From: an uncultured Gemmatimonadales bacterium
GTDB taxonomy: Bacteria > Gemmatimonadota > Gemmatimonadetes > Gemmatimonadales > GWC2-71-9
NCBI GenBank assembly: GCA_963828735.1
Contig: CAWHFW010000002.1
Location: forward strand, 704,001-768,000
Length of the DNA stretch: 64,000 bases
Direction of reading: 5' to 3'
The notes under the pieces: model-generated
What the model saw: only the letters and a program-made list of their open reading frames with translations
The model's database searches: none
Told to the model about the DNA's origin: nothing
In this document: in pieces, positions 40,436 to 50,760 of the stretch
How positions within the stretch are numbered: the first letter of the stretch is position 1
Layout: each line of letters starts with the position of its first letter
Made by a program: the position numbers and the translations under genes

Positions 40436-41512
40436 TCAGGCCCCGAGCTCGGAGCCGCCCGCGAAGACCCTCGCGTTAGTCGGCGCGACGTACACGCGCT
40501 GGCCCTTGGTGACGGACAGCGGATCGAACTGGCTCCGCGGGAGGTGCGCCTCGATCGTCCGCCCGTCCGCGACGAGATCCAGCTCGACCCGGATCACCGG
40601 TCCGAACGTGCGCACGTGGCGGACGACCGCCTCCAGCGATCCCTCCACCAGCGGAGCCGGGTGGAGCTGGAGGTCGTGCGTGCGGACGTAGGCTACGGCG
40701 GCCTGATCGCGCGCCCCGACCCACTCCGGCGCCTCGAGCTCACCGGCGCCGATGCTCACCCGGCCGTGGTTGATGCGACCGTGGAACAGGTTGACATCGC
40801 CGAGGAACCCGTAGACGAACGGCGTCGCGGGTCGATCGTACACCTCCTCCGGCGTGCCGCTCTGCTCCACGCGGCCCTCGTTCATGATCACCACCCGGTC
40901 GGAGACCTCCAGCGCCTCCTCCTGGTCGTGCGTCACGAACACGCTGGTGACGTGCACCTCCTCGTGCAGCCGGCGCAGCCAGCGGCGCAGCTCCTTTCGA
41001 ACCTTCGCGTCGAGCGCGCCGAAGGGCTCGTCGAGCAGCAGCACCTTGGGCTTGACCGCCAGCGCGCGCGCCAGCGCGACCCGCTGCCGCTGGCCGCCCG
41101 ACAGCTCCGACGGCCGCCGCTTGGCGAGCACGTCGAGCTGCACCAGCTTGAGCAGGCCCATGACGGTGTCCCGGATCTCCGCCTCGGAGGGGCGGACGGG
41201 CTTCGGGCGGACCCGGAGCCCGAACGCGATGTTCTCGAACACGCTCATGTGCCGGAACAGGGCATAGTGCTGAAACACGAACCCGACCTGGCGCTCGCGC
41301 ACGGGCTGCGTGGTCGCGTCCTCGCCGTGGAAGTGGATCGTTCCCTGATCGGCGGGCTCCAGGCCCGCGATGATGCGGAGCAGCGTGGTCTTGCCCGAGC
41401 CCGAGGGGCCGAGCAGCGCGACCAGCTCGCCCCCGGGCACGTCCAGGCTCACGTCGTCGAGGGCCACGAAGCTGCCGAACGCCTTGCGCAGATGGCGGAC
41501 CTGGATGCTCAT
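40436..41512 (-). CDS. cysA: sulfate ABC transporter ATP-binding protein
   Basis: [40 protein letters not shown]. Confidence 0.95.
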   Translation of the reverse strand: MSIQVRHLRKAFGSFVALDDVSLDVPGGELVALLGPSGSGKTTLLRIIAGLEPADQGTIHFHGEDATTQPVRERQVGFVFQHYALFRHMSVFENIAFGLRVRPKPVRPSEAEIRDTVMGLLKLVQLDVLAKRRPSELSGGQRQRVALARALAVKPKVLLLDEPFGALDAKVRKELRRWLRRLHEEVHVTSVFVTHDQEEALEVSDRVVIMNEGRVEQSGTPEEVYDRPATPFVYGFLGDVNLFHGRINHGRVSIGAGELEAPEWVGARDQAAVAYVRTHDLQLHPAPLVEGSLEAVVRHVRTFGPVIRVELDLVADGRTIEAHLPRSQFDPLSVTKGQRVYVAPTNARVFAGGSELGA

Positions 41513-42423
41513 GCGGCGATCCTTTCCGTTGAGGTGATCTCGTCGGCGCGGTCCTCGACGGCCCGCCGCTGTTGCCACTCGACCAGGGTCTTGAGGGCGA
41601 GGGTCACGAACGCGAGCAGGGTGAGCACCGAGGCCACGGCGAAGCTCGCCGCGAAGGCGTACTCGTTGTAGAGGATCTCGACGTGCAGGGGCAATGTGTT
41701 GGTCTCGCCCCGGATGTGGCCGGACACGACCGATACGGCGCCGAATTCGCCCATTGCGCGGGCGTTGCAGAGGATGAGGCCGTAGAGCAGCCCCCACTTG
41801 ATGTTGGGCAGCGTGACCCGCCAGAACATCTGCCACCCGCCCGCCCCAAGCACGATCGCGGCTTCCTCTTCTTCCGTCCCCTGCTCCTGCATGAGCGGGA
41901 TGAGCTCTCGCGCGATGAAGGGCGCGGTCACGAACGTCGTGGCGAGCACCATGCCCGGCACCGCGAAGATGATCTTGACGTCGTGGTCGAACAACCACGT
42001 CCCGAACCAGCCGTGCAGGCCGAACAGCAGCACGAAGATCATGCCGGAGATGACCGGCGAAACGGCGAACGGCAGGTCGATCAGCGTGATCAGCAGATTC
42101 CTGCCGCGAAAGTCGAACTTGGAGATGCACCACGCCGCGGCGACGCCGAAGACCAGGTTGAGGGGCACGGCGATGCCGGCGATGAGGAGCGTCAGCTTCG
42201 CGGCACTCAGCGCATCGGGCTCGCGGATGGCGGCCAGATAGGCCGCCAGGCCCTTGGTCAGCGCCTCGTGGAAGACCAGGATCAGGGGCAGCACCAGCGT
42301 CAGGGCGAGAAAGGCCAGGGCGATGGCGGTGAGCGTCCAGCGCACCGCCCGCGTTTCGCCCGTCGCGCGGGTGATCTTTCGCGGCGCGGCAGTGGCCGGG
42401 CGGGCAGCGGCGATTGTCGCCAT
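41509..42423 (-). CDS. cysW: sulfate ABC transporter permease
   Basis: [31 protein letters not shown]. Confidence 0.95.
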   Translation of the reverse strand: MATIAAARPATAAPRKITRATGETRAVRWTLTAIALAFLALTLVLPLILVFHEALTKGLAAYLAAIREPDALSAAKLTLLIAGIAVPLNLVFGVAAAWCISKFDFRGRNLLITLIDLPFAVSPVISGMIFVLLFGLHGWFGTWLFDHDVKIIFAVPGMVLATTFVTAPFIARELIPLMQEQGTEEEEAAIVLGAGGWQMFWRVTLPNIKWGLLYGLILCNARAMGEFGAVSVVSGHIRGETNTLPLHVEILYNEYAFAASFAVASVLTLLAFVTLALKTLVEWQQRRAVEDRADEITSTERIAA

Positions 42424-42425
42424 GA

Positions 42426-43259
42426 TCAGACCCCCACACGACGACGCGCCGCCCACTGCATCAGGTTGATGGCGAGCAGCAGAGCGAACGAGACCAGCAG
42501 CATGACCAACGCCACGGCCGTGGCGCCGGCGTAGTCGTACTGCTCGAGCTTCGTGATGATGAGAAGGGGCACGATCTCGGTCTTCATCGGCATGTTGCCC
42601 GAGATGAAGACCACGGAGCCGTATTCGCCGATCGCCCGCGCAAAGGCGAGGGCGAACCCGGTGAGGAGCGCCGGGGCCACCGTCGGCAGCACGACCCGGG
42701 TGAAGGTCTGCCAGCGCTGCGCGCCGAGGCTGGCGGCGGCCTCCTCGACGTCGACCTCGAGGTCGTCGAGCACCGGCTGCACCGTCCGCACCACGAAGGG
42801 CAGGCCGATGAAGATCAGCGCCACGGTGATGCCGAGCCAGGTATAGGACACCTTGATCCCGAAGGGCTCGAGGTAGCGACCGACCCACCCGTTCGTGGCG
42901 TAGAGAGTGGTGAGCGAGATGCCCGCCACCGCGGTGGGGAGCGCGAATGGCAGGTCAACCATCGCGTCGACGATCCGGCGCCCCGGAAACCGGTAGCGCA
43001 CCAGCACCCACGCCACCAGGAGACCGAACACCGTGTTGATCAGCGCCGCGACGAACGAGGCGCCGAAGGTGACCCGGTAGGATGCCAGGACCCGAGGGTT
43101 CGTCACGGTGCCCCAGAACTCGGCCCAGGAAAGATCGGCCGTGCGCGTGAACACCGTGGCGAGCGGGAGCAGCACCATGAGACTGAGATAGGTGCAGGTG
43201 ATCCCCAGGCTGAGACCGAATCCGGGGAGCACGCGTCGCGAGGACTGCCGCATCGTCAT
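42426..43259 (-). CDS. cysT: sulfate ABC transporter permease
   Basis: [34 protein letters not shown]. Confidence 0.95.
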   Translation of the reverse strand: MTMRQSSRRVLPGFGLSLGITCTYLSLMVLLPLATVFTRTADLSWAEFWGTVTNPRVLASYRVTFGASFVAALINTVFGLLVAWVLVRYRFPGRRIVDAMVDLPFALPTAVAGISLTTLYATNGWVGRYLEPFGIKVSYTWLGITVALIFIGLPFVVRTVQPVLDDLEVDVEEAAASLGAQRWQTFTRVVLPTVAPALLTGFALAFARAIGEYGSVVFISGNMPMKTEIVPLLIITKLEQYDYAGATAVALVMLLVSFALLLAINLMQWAARRRVGV

Positions 43260-43288
43260 CCCTTCGTAGGGGTAGACATGTGCCGGGG

Positions 43289-44320
43289 CTAGTGCCCCGG
43301 CTGGTAGATCTGATCGAACAGGGCCCCATCGGCGAAGTGGGTGGCATGCGCCTTCTTCCACCCGCCGAACACCGCGTCCACCGTGACCAGGTCGATCTTG
43401 GGGAACTGCGCGGCGTACTTGGCCGCTACCGTCGCGTTGCGCGGACGATAGAAGTGCTTTACGACGATCTCCTGACCAACGTCCGTGTAGAGGTACTCGA
43501 GGTACGCCTGGGCCACGGCCTTGGTCCCGTGCTTGCCCGCTACCTTGTCCACCACCGCGACCGGCGGCTCGGCGAGGATGCTGAGCGAGGGCGCCACGAC
43601 CTCGAACTTGCCCGGGCCCAGCTCCTTGATGGCGAGCAGGGCCTCGTTCTCCCAGGCGATCAGGACGTCGCCGATGCCACGCTCGACGAAGGTCGTCGTG
43701 GATCCGCGCGCGCCCGCGTCGAGCACCGGCACGTTTTTGTACAGCCGGGCCACGAAGTCCTTGGCCGTGGCCTCGGTCCCGCCTGGCTGCCGCATCGCCC
43801 AGGCCCAGGCGGCCAGGTAGTTCCAGCGCGCGCCACCCGACGTCTTCGGATTGGGCGTGATGACGGAAACGCCGGGCTTGGCGAGATCGCCCCAATCCTT
43901 GATGTGCTTCGGGTTGCCCTTCCGGACGAGCAGCACGATGGTCGAGGTGTAGGGCGCGCTGTTGTTGGGCAGGCGGGACTGCCAGCTCGCCGGCAATAAG
44001 CCGGCTTTGGCCGCGATCTCGTCGATGTCGTAGGCCAGCGCGAGGGTCACGACGTCGGCGCCGAGTCCGTCGATGACCGAGCGCGCCTGCTTGCCCGAGC
44101 CCCCGTGCGATTGGCGGATCGTCACCTCCTGGCCGGTCTTGCCTTTCCAAAAGGTCGCAAACTGCTGATTGAAGTCCTCGTAGAGCTCACGCGTCGGATC
44201 GTACGAGACGTTGAGCAGCGTCACGGGCTTGGCGCTCTGGGCGCCGGCCTGGCCGGCGCCACCCATCAGGGCGAGGAGGAGCGCGGAGCCGGCGGCAAGT
44301 CGAGCGAGCATGATCTTCAC
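43289..44320 (-). CDS. sbp: sulfate-binding periplasmic protein
   Basis: [37 protein letters not shown]. Confidence 0.95.
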   Translation of the reverse strand: MKIMLARLAAGSALLLALMGGAGQAGAQSAKPVTLLNVSYDPTRELYEDFNQQFATFWKGKTGQEVTIRQSHGGSGKQARSVIDGLGADVVTLALAYDIDEIAAKAGLLPASWQSRLPNNSAPYTSTIVLLVRKGNPKHIKDWGDLAKPGVSVITPNPKTSGGARWNYLAAWAWAMRQPGGTEATAKDFVARLYKNVPVLDAGARGSTTTFVERGIGDVLIAWENEALLAIKELGPGKFEVVAPSLSILAEPPVAVVDKVAGKHGTKAVAQAYLEYLYTDVGQEIVVKHFYRPRNATVAAKYAAQFPKIDLVTVDAVFGGWKKAHATHFADGALFDQIYQPGH

Positions 44321-44340
44321 TGGGCCTCTCCTGGAGGTCA

Positions 44341-45729
44341 TCAGAAGGAGTACTGGATACGGGTGACGACGAAGTTCTCCGGCTCGCGATCTTCCGTGCC
44401 GGCGCCCCCGGTGAACGTCGTGCGCTCGTAGTCGAGAACGGTCTTGATGCTCTTGGCGAGATACCAGTTGAGGCCCACCGCCCACGCCCTGGCCTTGCTC
44501 GGCGTGGTCGCGGAGGTGGCGTAGGCCGGGAACGTCGCGTCGTCGATGCTGAGCTCGCTGTACCGCGCGGCCAGCTCGAGCGCCCCGAACGTGCCGGCCT
44601 TGGGATCGAACGGCTTCTTCGGGGCGGCGCTGCGCCAGGAGTTCTTCTCGCCCGTCAGGAAGTAGGACCCCGTGGCCTGCCACGCGGTGTGCTTGAGCTT
44701 GACCGTGGCGAAGGTGTTCCGGTTCACTTCCTGCCACGACGTGATGTATTCGCCATGGATCCCGAGCGCCCCGGTGTAGAAGTAAGCCTGCGGCGCGAGA
44801 CGCTGGCGGACCCCGTCGGCGAACGCATTGCTCGCCGGCGCGGTAGTGCTCGAGGCGTAGCGGAACCAGGTCTGTTGCCCGCCGGTGCGGTAGGCAGCGA
44901 GCTGCGGCGCGGCCGTCGTGCCTCGCTCGAGACCCGTGCTGCCGGCGATGCCGACACCCAGGCCCCGGAGCGAGCCGCTCTTGAACGGCTGGAGGAAAAC
45001 GCGGCCGACGAAGTCCTTGGCGTCGCTCACGTCGCCGTCGCCGTTGCCGAGATCGGGCACGCCGTTGAAGATCCCGGCCTGCCATGCGAGGAGACCGCTC
45101 GAGATGTCGCCGGAGATCTGAAGGCCGACGTCGCGGTTGGGCGCCAGATTCGTAGCCAATGAGCGCTCGGCGAACACGATGTCGCTCGCGGACTGCAGGC
45201 GCTCGAGATCCACCGGCGGCTTGAACTTGCCGACCCGGACGGCAAAGGCCGGCGATACCTTCACATCGGTGTAGGCGTCGAACAGAACCGTGGTCCCCTG
45301 GCCGAAGTCCGGTTGGAGCCGCATCTCGAGGTATTTGCCGACGGTGGCCTCGAGGATGGGTCTGGCTCGGCGAAGGAAGAACGTGTTGGTAACGGGCACC
45401 GCGTTGTCGTCCAGGAAGAATCGTCCGTCGGTCTGCACCAGGCCCTTGAGCCGTACCGCGAACTTCCCGTCCGCCGATTTGATGCTGAAGCCGTCCTTCG
45501 TGCTCGCCGTCGCGGAGACCTTGTCCTTGGCCGCCGCGGCGGCGCTGTCGGCCGCCAGCTCCCGCAGTCGCTGAAGGATCCGGACCTGTTGGTCCAACTC
45601 ATCCACCCGGCGCTCGAGCGACGCGCTATCCGGGGTAGCCCCCTCCTGTTGCGCCATGGCCTGTGGCGCCACCGCCACGGTTCCCGATGCCAAGATGATT
45701 CCGCCGACCCAGTTCCGGACCGCACGCAT
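44341..45729 (-). CDS. OprO/OprP-like anion-selective porin
   Basis: [37 protein letters not shown]-terminal F; AAGGAGG RBS. Confidence 0.88.
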   Translation of the reverse strand: MRAVRNWVGGIILASGTVAVAPQAMAQQEGATPDSASLERRVDELDQQVRILQRLRELAADSAAAAAKDKVSATASTKDGFSIKSADGKFAVRLKGLVQTDGRFFLDDNAVPVTNTFFLRRARPILEATVGKYLEMRLQPDFGQGTTVLFDAYTDVKVSPAFAVRVGKFKPPVDLERLQSASDIVFAERSLATNLAPNRDVGLQISGDISSGLLAWQAGIFNGVPDLGNGDGDVSDAKDFVGRVFLQPFKSGSLRGLGVGIAGSTGLERGTTAAPQLAAYRTGGQQTWFRYASSTTAPASNAFADGVRQRLAPQAYFYTGALGIHGEYITSWQEVNRNTFATVKLKHTAWQATGSYFLTGEKNSWRSAAPKKPFDPKAGTFGALELAARYSELSIDDATFPAYATSATTPSKARAWAVGLNWYLAKSIKTVLDYERTTFTGGAGTEDREPENFVVTRIQYSF

Positions 45730-45758
45730 TCGACTGCCTCCTTGAGCAACGATGTGGC

Positions 45759-45783
45759 GGACTTCCGGCGATCCGGTCAGTCC
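45759..45783 (-). promoter_or_regulatory. candidate RNA hairpin between the YezD-like gene and the porin
   Basis: Minus strand GGACT-GA-CCGG-ATCG-CCGG-A-AGTCC. Confidence 0.4.
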
Positions 45784-45826
45784 TAGGGCGCGGCACCCGG
45801 GATGGGTGATCCGCGCGGACGTCCTG

Positions 45827-46039
45827 CTACCGTCGGTGTTCTGTAAGCTCATGATCGAAGCGCACTTTCTCCCTGCGCTCGAGCTGGACAACCCTGCCGT
45901 CGTGGATCACGAGCTCGACTGTCCCGTAGCGGATCGCACGAAGCGCCTCCCGAAGGGCTCGCAGGAGCGCCGGCGAGAGGGGTAACTGCTCCTGGGTTCC
46001 GGCTTCCTGGCCCGCCGGGAGGGCTGAGTTCATGGCCAT
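45827..46039 (-). CDS. YezD/DUF2292 (OscA-like) small protein
   Basis: ALRAIRYGTVELVIHDGRVVQLERREKVR; first gene of the sulfate uptake operon. Confidence 0.85.
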   Translation of the reverse strand: MAMNSALPAGQEAGTQEQLPLSPALLRALREALRAIRYGTVELVIHDGRVVQLERREKVRFDHELTEHRR

Positions 46040-46042
46040 GAT

Positions 46043-46077
46043 CCTATTTACCCTATCTGTTTGATCGAGTAAATAGG
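46043..46077. promoter_or_regulatory. inverted-repeat operator, probably bound by the adjacent Rrf2 regulator
   Basis: CCTATTTAC-cctATCtgtttGATcga-GTAAATAGG, an AT-rich palindrome in GC-rich DNA. Confidence 0.7.
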
Positions 46078-46119
46078 CAATAGACATGCCACGAAGAGCA
46101 ACGAGGAGTGCAAAATCCG

Positions 46120-46566
46120 TCAGTGGGTGGCGGTTAGCTCCGAGGCCCTCTCCACCTGCCGGCGCAGGGAGGCAAGGCTGGTTCCGTCCAGGACCTTCGC
46201 GGTAGCGTCGCGGACGGCCTTCATGGCGAGGTGGACGCCGCACACCGCCTCGTTGGGGCAGTCGGCGCACGGGACGTAGGCGGTCTGGCTGGCGCACGGC
46301 ACGGGGGCGAGGGGCCCGTCGAACATTCGGACGATCTGGCCCAGGTACACGTCCTTGGGATCCCGGGCCAGCAGGTAGCCCCCGCCCTTCCCTTTCCGGC
46401 TCTGGAGGACCCCGTGATGCTTGAGCACCAGCAGGATGAGCTCGAGGAACTTGGGCGGGATTTGTTCTTCTCGCGCCAAGTCGGCGATCCGCATCGGCTC
46501 CTCACCCTGGCGCTCGGCGAGGGCGAGGAGGGCCTTGATGGCGTATTTGGCCCGCTTGGTCAGCAT
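46120..46566 (-). CDS. Rrf2 family transcriptional regulator
   Basis: MLTKRAKYAIKAL, IPPKFLELIL, SRKGKGGGYLL, Cys cluster C..C..C..C. Confidence 0.92.
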   Translation of the reverse strand: MLTKRAKYAIKALLALAERQGEEPMRIADLAREEQIPPKFLELILLVLKHHGVLQSRKGKGGGYLLARDPKDVYLGQIVRMFDGPLAPVPCASQTAYVPCADCPNEAVCGVHLAMKAVRDATAKVLDGTSLASLRRQVERASELTATH

Positions 46567-46570
46567 GCGG

Positions 46571-47452
46571 TTACATGTATCCGTCGCGTCGGAGGACTTC
46601 CAGCCCACCGCCGCCGGCCTTGTCCTGCGCCCGCCCCGACCGCTCGGCGATGTTCGCGAACTTCCCCGACTGGAGCTCGAGGATGATGTCGTCCACGTTG
46701 CGCGCCTCCGATTCGACGGCCTGGGTGCACGGCCAGCACCCCAGCGAGCGATACCGCTTGCCGTCGCCCTTGTTGTAGTAGAGCGAGACCGTGGGAATGT
46801 TCTCCCGCTTGATGTACTCCCAGATGTTGAGCTCGGTCCAGTCCAGCAGCGGGTGGATGCGCAAGTGGGTCCCCGGCGCGAATTCGGTCTTGAACTGATT
46901 CCAGAACTCCGGCGGCTGGTCGCCGACATCCCAGTGCGACTGGGCGTTGCGCGGCGAGAAGTAGCGCTCCTTGGACCGGCTCCCCTCCTCGTCCGCGCGC
47001 GCGCCGACGATCACGCCCGTGAACGCCTCGGTGTTCCGGTCGATCTCGTACACCCGCTTCGTGTGATTCAGGCGGTAGCGCGGCCACTCGCCGCTCAGCG
47101 TGTACTTGAGCGCGTCGGTCTTGAGCGCCTTGCAGCAGGCGATGCGGTCCACCGCCCCGTCCGGGTACGTCTGCTTCTCATCGAGCGCCTCGCGGTTCTG
47201 GCCGTAGATCATCGTCAGGTGCCACTCGAGGGCCAGGCGGTCCCGGTACTCGATCATCTCCGGGATCTTGTAGGCGGTGTCGATGTGGATGAGCGGCATC
47301 GGGACGTGGCCGAAGAACGCCTTTCGGGCCAGCCAGAGGAGGACCGTGCTGTCCTTCCCGATGGACCAGAGCATTCCCAGGTTCTTGAAGTTGGCGTACG
47401 CCTCCCGAAGGATGTGCACGCTGCGGTTCTCGAGTTGGTCGAGATGATCCAT
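46571..47452 (-). CDS. cysD: sulfate adenylyltransferase subunit 2
   Basis: [30 protein letters not shown]. Confidence 0.93.
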   Translation of the reverse strand: MDHLDQLENRSVHILREAYANFKNLGMLWSIGKDSTVLLWLARKAFFGHVPMPLIHIDTAYKIPEMIEYRDRLALEWHLTMIYGQNREALDEKQTYPDGAVDRIACCKALKTDALKYTLSGEWPRYRLNHTKRVYEIDRNTEAFTGVIVGARADEEGSRSKERYFSPRNAQSHWDVGDQPPEFWNQFKTEFAPGTHLRIHPLLDWTELNIWEYIKRENIPTVSLYYNKGDGKRYRSLGCWPCTQAVESEARNVDDIILELQSGKFANIAERSGRAQDKAGGGGLEVLRRDGYM

Positions 47453-47463
47453 CGTTCCTGCGG

Positions 47464-47991
47464 TCACGATTGGCCTCCCACGCGCTCCAGCACCGCCGCC
47501 ACGCACTGGTCGACGGAGAGGGCGCGGGTGTCGAGTGTCAGCTCGGGGCGCTCAGGCGCCTCGTACGGGTCGTCGATCCCCGTGAAGTTGCGAATTTCCC
47601 CGCGGCGCGCGCGGGCATACAGACCTTTCACGTCGCGACGCTCGCATTCCTCCAGCGGCGTGGCCACGTAGATCTCCACGAACGCAGGGCACAGCCGGCG
47701 GACGAAGTCCCGCGACTCGCGATACGGCGACACGAACGACGCGACCACCGTGACGCCGTGCGCGGCCAGGCGGCTCGCCATGTACCCCGTGCGCCGCAGG
47801 TGCTCTTCCCGGTCGGCCCGGGTGAAGCCGGTATTGGGAAACACCTCGCGCAACGCATCGCCGTCGACGTACTCGATCTCCACCCCGCGCCGGGCCAGGG
47901 CCTCGTGAACCCGGACCGCGATGGTGCTCTTGCCGGACCCCGACAGCCCGGTGAACCACAACACGGGCGCCGGCGACTTCGTTCCCCTCAC
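47464..47991 (-). CDS. cysC: adenylyl-sulfate kinase
   Basis: [36 protein letters not shown]. Confidence 0.94.
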   Translation of the reverse strand: MRGTKSPAPVLWFTGLSGSGKSTIAVRVHEALARRGVEIEYVDGDALREVFPNTGFTRADREEHLRRTGYMASRLAAHGVTVVASFVSPYRESRDFVRRLCPAFVEIYVATPLEECERRDVKGLYARARRGEIRNFTGIDDPYEAPERPELTLDTRALSVDQCVAAVLERVGGQS

Positions 47992-48749
47992 AGCCCGATG
48001 ACGAAGCTGGAGTTCCGAAGGTCGGGCTTGTTGTAGGTCAGTGGCGACGGTCGCTCGCCGTCGCGCCCGGACTGGCGGTACACGCAGTCGCCGGCCGCCA
48101 CGTCCCATTCCATCGTGGGCCCGAGCCGTGGGTAGATGTCGGCACGGCCCTCGGCCACCCAGCAGAACTTGAGCGAGCTCCCGGCCTTCACCCGGCGCGC
48201 CACCGGAATCGTCTTGAGGTACTCCTCGAGCTCGGGCGACGGGTGGGAGAGACTCTCGACCACCGTGAGCGGCGTTCCGGGCGCGGCCTCGGTCGAGTAA
48301 ATGCGCTCCGGAGCGCCTCCCTTCTCCTCGCGCCACGCGCCGCCGCCCTTGACCGCCCAGTAGAGCAGGTCCAGCGCTGGCGCGAGCACCACCCCGAATA
48401 CGGGCTCGCCGTCCTCGATGAGGCCGAGGTTGACCGTGAACTCCGCCCGGCGCTTGATGAACTCCTTCGTGCCGTCCAGCGGATCGACCAGCCAGAATCG
48501 GCGCCAGCCGCGGCGGGCCTCGAAGTCGGCGGCCGCGGCCTCCTCGCTCACCACAGGAGTGGCGGGGTCGAGCCGGTGCAGGCCCTCGACCAGGATCCGG
48601 TGCGCGACCTCGTCGGCCAACGTCACCGGGCTGCGGTCGTCCTTTTCGCGAACCGCCGCGTCGACCGTGCCGTCGTAATACGTCATGGTCGCGCGGCCGG
48701 CCGCGCGCGCGAGGTCGATCACCGCGGACCGGAGCTGGGGACTTACCAT
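47988..48749 (-). CDS. cysQ: 3'(2'),5'-bisphosphate nucleotidase
   Basis: [43 protein letters not shown]. Confidence 0.95.
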   Translation of the reverse strand: MVSPQLRSAVIDLARAAGRATMTYYDGTVDAAVREKDDRSPVTLADEVAHRILVEGLHRLDPATPVVSEEAAAADFEARRGWRRFWLVDPLDGTKEFIKRRAEFTVNLGLIEDGEPVFGVVLAPALDLLYWAVKGGGAWREEKGGAPERIYSTEAAPGTPLTVVESLSHPSPELEEYLKTIPVARRVKAGSSLKFCWVAEGRADIYPRLGPTMEWDVAAGDCVYRQSGRDGERPSPLTYNKPDLRNSSFVIGL

Positions 48750-50578
48750 GGGCGGAAGATGATCCCCTTGTCCTGCAGGTGCGCCTTGAGCTGGTCCACC
48801 GCTTCGGGTACCGCGCCGCCGGGCAGCTGCAGATCGACCGCCAGGTCGGTCGTGATCGTGTCACCCGCCCAGATAGTCTCGATCCAGTCCGGCTGCACGG
48901 CGGTCTTGATCACCTCGAGATCGTCCTGCGTGAGCTCGGCTGCCGCGACGACGAGGATCATGCCGGCGTCGAGCATCAGGTTGGCCACCTCGGCGAGGCG
49001 CCGCATGTGCTCCAGGCGGTTCTCCGGCTTCCGCGCGATGTCGGCATCGACGCCGTAGAGCACGCTGCCAATGCCGACGAAGTAGACCACCTTCCCGTCC
49101 TCGAAGAGCTTGCTCTCGATGGCCTTGGCCACGCCCTTCCGGTCGGCTTCGTCCTCGCCGGTGACCAGAATGAGCGCGGCCTTCTGGTTGTACTTCTCCG
49201 CCCGCCGCTCGGGCTGAATGACGCTCGGCTCCCACTTATAGTTGCGCAGCAGGACCTGGTCGCGGACCGATGCCTGGCGATCCGGCAACGCCTCGCGGAC
49301 GATGCCGCCGCCCCGGATCTCGAAGTCGTCGACGATCACGAACCGGCTGGTGGACGGAACATCCTCCGCCAGGTCACAGGCGATCGCCCGGTCGAGCTTG
49401 AGGACGCACTCCGCCACGTCGTGCCGTTGAATCACGGCGTGCTGGTCGGTGTTGCCGAGCGTGGACGCGTCCATCACGCGGGTGATCTCCTCGAGGCGGG
49501 CCGTTACCCGGGCCGTACCCAGCTTGAGGAGATACTCCTTCCGCTTCACCATGGGGTCCTTGCCGAGCCAGAAGAGGCTCACCCGAAGGCGCGTGGTGAC
49601 CTGCGGACGGGGCTCGGTCTCGAGGGTCGCCACCTCACCCCGAGTGATGTAGATCTGCTCGTTCATCGTGAAGCCGACCGCGTAACCCGCTTCCGCCCGG
49701 GTCTCGATCGGCCGGTTGAAGGCTTCGATGCTCTTCACCCGACTCTTCTTGCCCGAGGGATAGAAGATCACGGGGTCACCCACCTTCACGGAGCCGGAGT
49801 CGATGGTGCCCGCGACGATCCGCCGGTCATCACCCTGCTTGGTAAACTTGTAGACGTCCTGGACCGGCATCCGGAACGGACGATCGATCGGCATCGGCTC
49901 GCTGCGGAACGCGTCGAGCGCATCGAGCACGGTCGGCCCCTGGTACCAGCCAAGGTGCGAAGAGCGGTCCGCGATGTTGTCGCCGCCGCGACCGGAAACG
50001 GGAATGAACGCCGACGGCCGGATTCCGACCTGGTCGAGAAATGTGCCGTACTCGCGCCGGATGCGGTCGAATACCTCCTGGTCCCAGTTCACCAGGTCCA
50101 TCTTGTTCACCACGACCGCGAGCTGCCGAATGCCCAGCAGCGAGACCATGTACCCATGGCGCCGCGAGTTTTCCTGCACGCCCTCGGCGGCGTCGATCAC
50201 GAGCAGCGCGGCCTCGGCGCGCGCGGCGCCCGTGATCATGTTCTTCAGGAACTCGATGTGGCCCGGAGCGTCGAGGATCAGGTACGGTCGCCGGCTGCTC
50301 TTGAAGAACACCCGGGCAGCGTCGATGGTGATGCCCTGTGCCTGCTCGTCCTTGAGGGCGTCGAGCAGGAAGGCGTACTCGAACGGTTTCGAATTCAGCT
50401 CGCACTGGGCCCGGATCTGCTCGAGTTTCCCTTCCGGCAACGAGTGGGTGTCGGCGAGGAGTCGGCCGATGACCGTGCTCTTCCCATGGTCGACGTGGCC
50501 GACGATCACGATGTTCATGCGCTGGGTCGCCGCTGGGGCGGCCACGCGCGGTTCGGGCCGTGCGATGGAAGACGACAT
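48743..50578 (-). CDS. cysN: sulfate adenylyltransferase subunit 1 with degenerate C-terminal APS-kinase-like domain
   Basis: [25 protein letters not shown]-terminal domain lacks a P-loop. Confidence 0.9.
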   Translation of the reverse strand: MSSSIARPEPRVAAPAATQRMNIVIVGHVDHGKSTVIGRLLADTHSLPEGKLEQIRAQCELNSKPFEYAFLLDALKDEQAQGITIDAARVFFKSSRRPYLILDAPGHIEFLKNMITGAARAEAALLVIDAAEGVQENSRRHGYMVSLLGIRQLAVVVNKMDLVNWDQEVFDRIRREYGTFLDQVGIRPSAFIPVSGRGGDNIADRSSHLGWYQGPTVLDALDAFRSEPMPIDRPFRMPVQDVYKFTKQGDDRRIVAGTIDSGSVKVGDPVIFYPSGKKSRVKSIEAFNRPIETRAEAGYAVGFTMNEQIYITRGEVATLETEPRPQVTTRLRVSLFWLGKDPMVKRKEYLLKLGTARVTARLEEITRVMDASTLGNTDQHAVIQRHDVAECVLKLDRAIACDLAEDVPSTSRFVIVDDFEIRGGGIVREALPDRQASVRDQVLLRNYKWEPSVIQPERRAEKYNQKAALILVTGEDEADRKGVAKAIESKLFEDGKVVYFVGIGSVLYGVDADIARKPENRLEHMRRLAEVANLMLDAGMILVVAAAELTQDDLEVIKTAVQPDWIETIWAGDTITTDLAVDLQLPGGAVPEAVDQLKAHLQDKGIIFRPW

Positions 50579-50760
50579 GGGCCTGAAACGTTCCTCCGTG
50601 AGTCGAAGTCGCCAAACGCGCGCGACCTGTTCGAGCAGGCCGGCCCGGATTTCGAGCCGGCCTGCGTCAACGAGTGGCTACTGCCGTGCTGTCAACGTCG
50701 ATTGTCCGTCACGCGATCAGGACGACTGAAGACGGCCCTGGGGCGCCCCGGAGGGACGGG

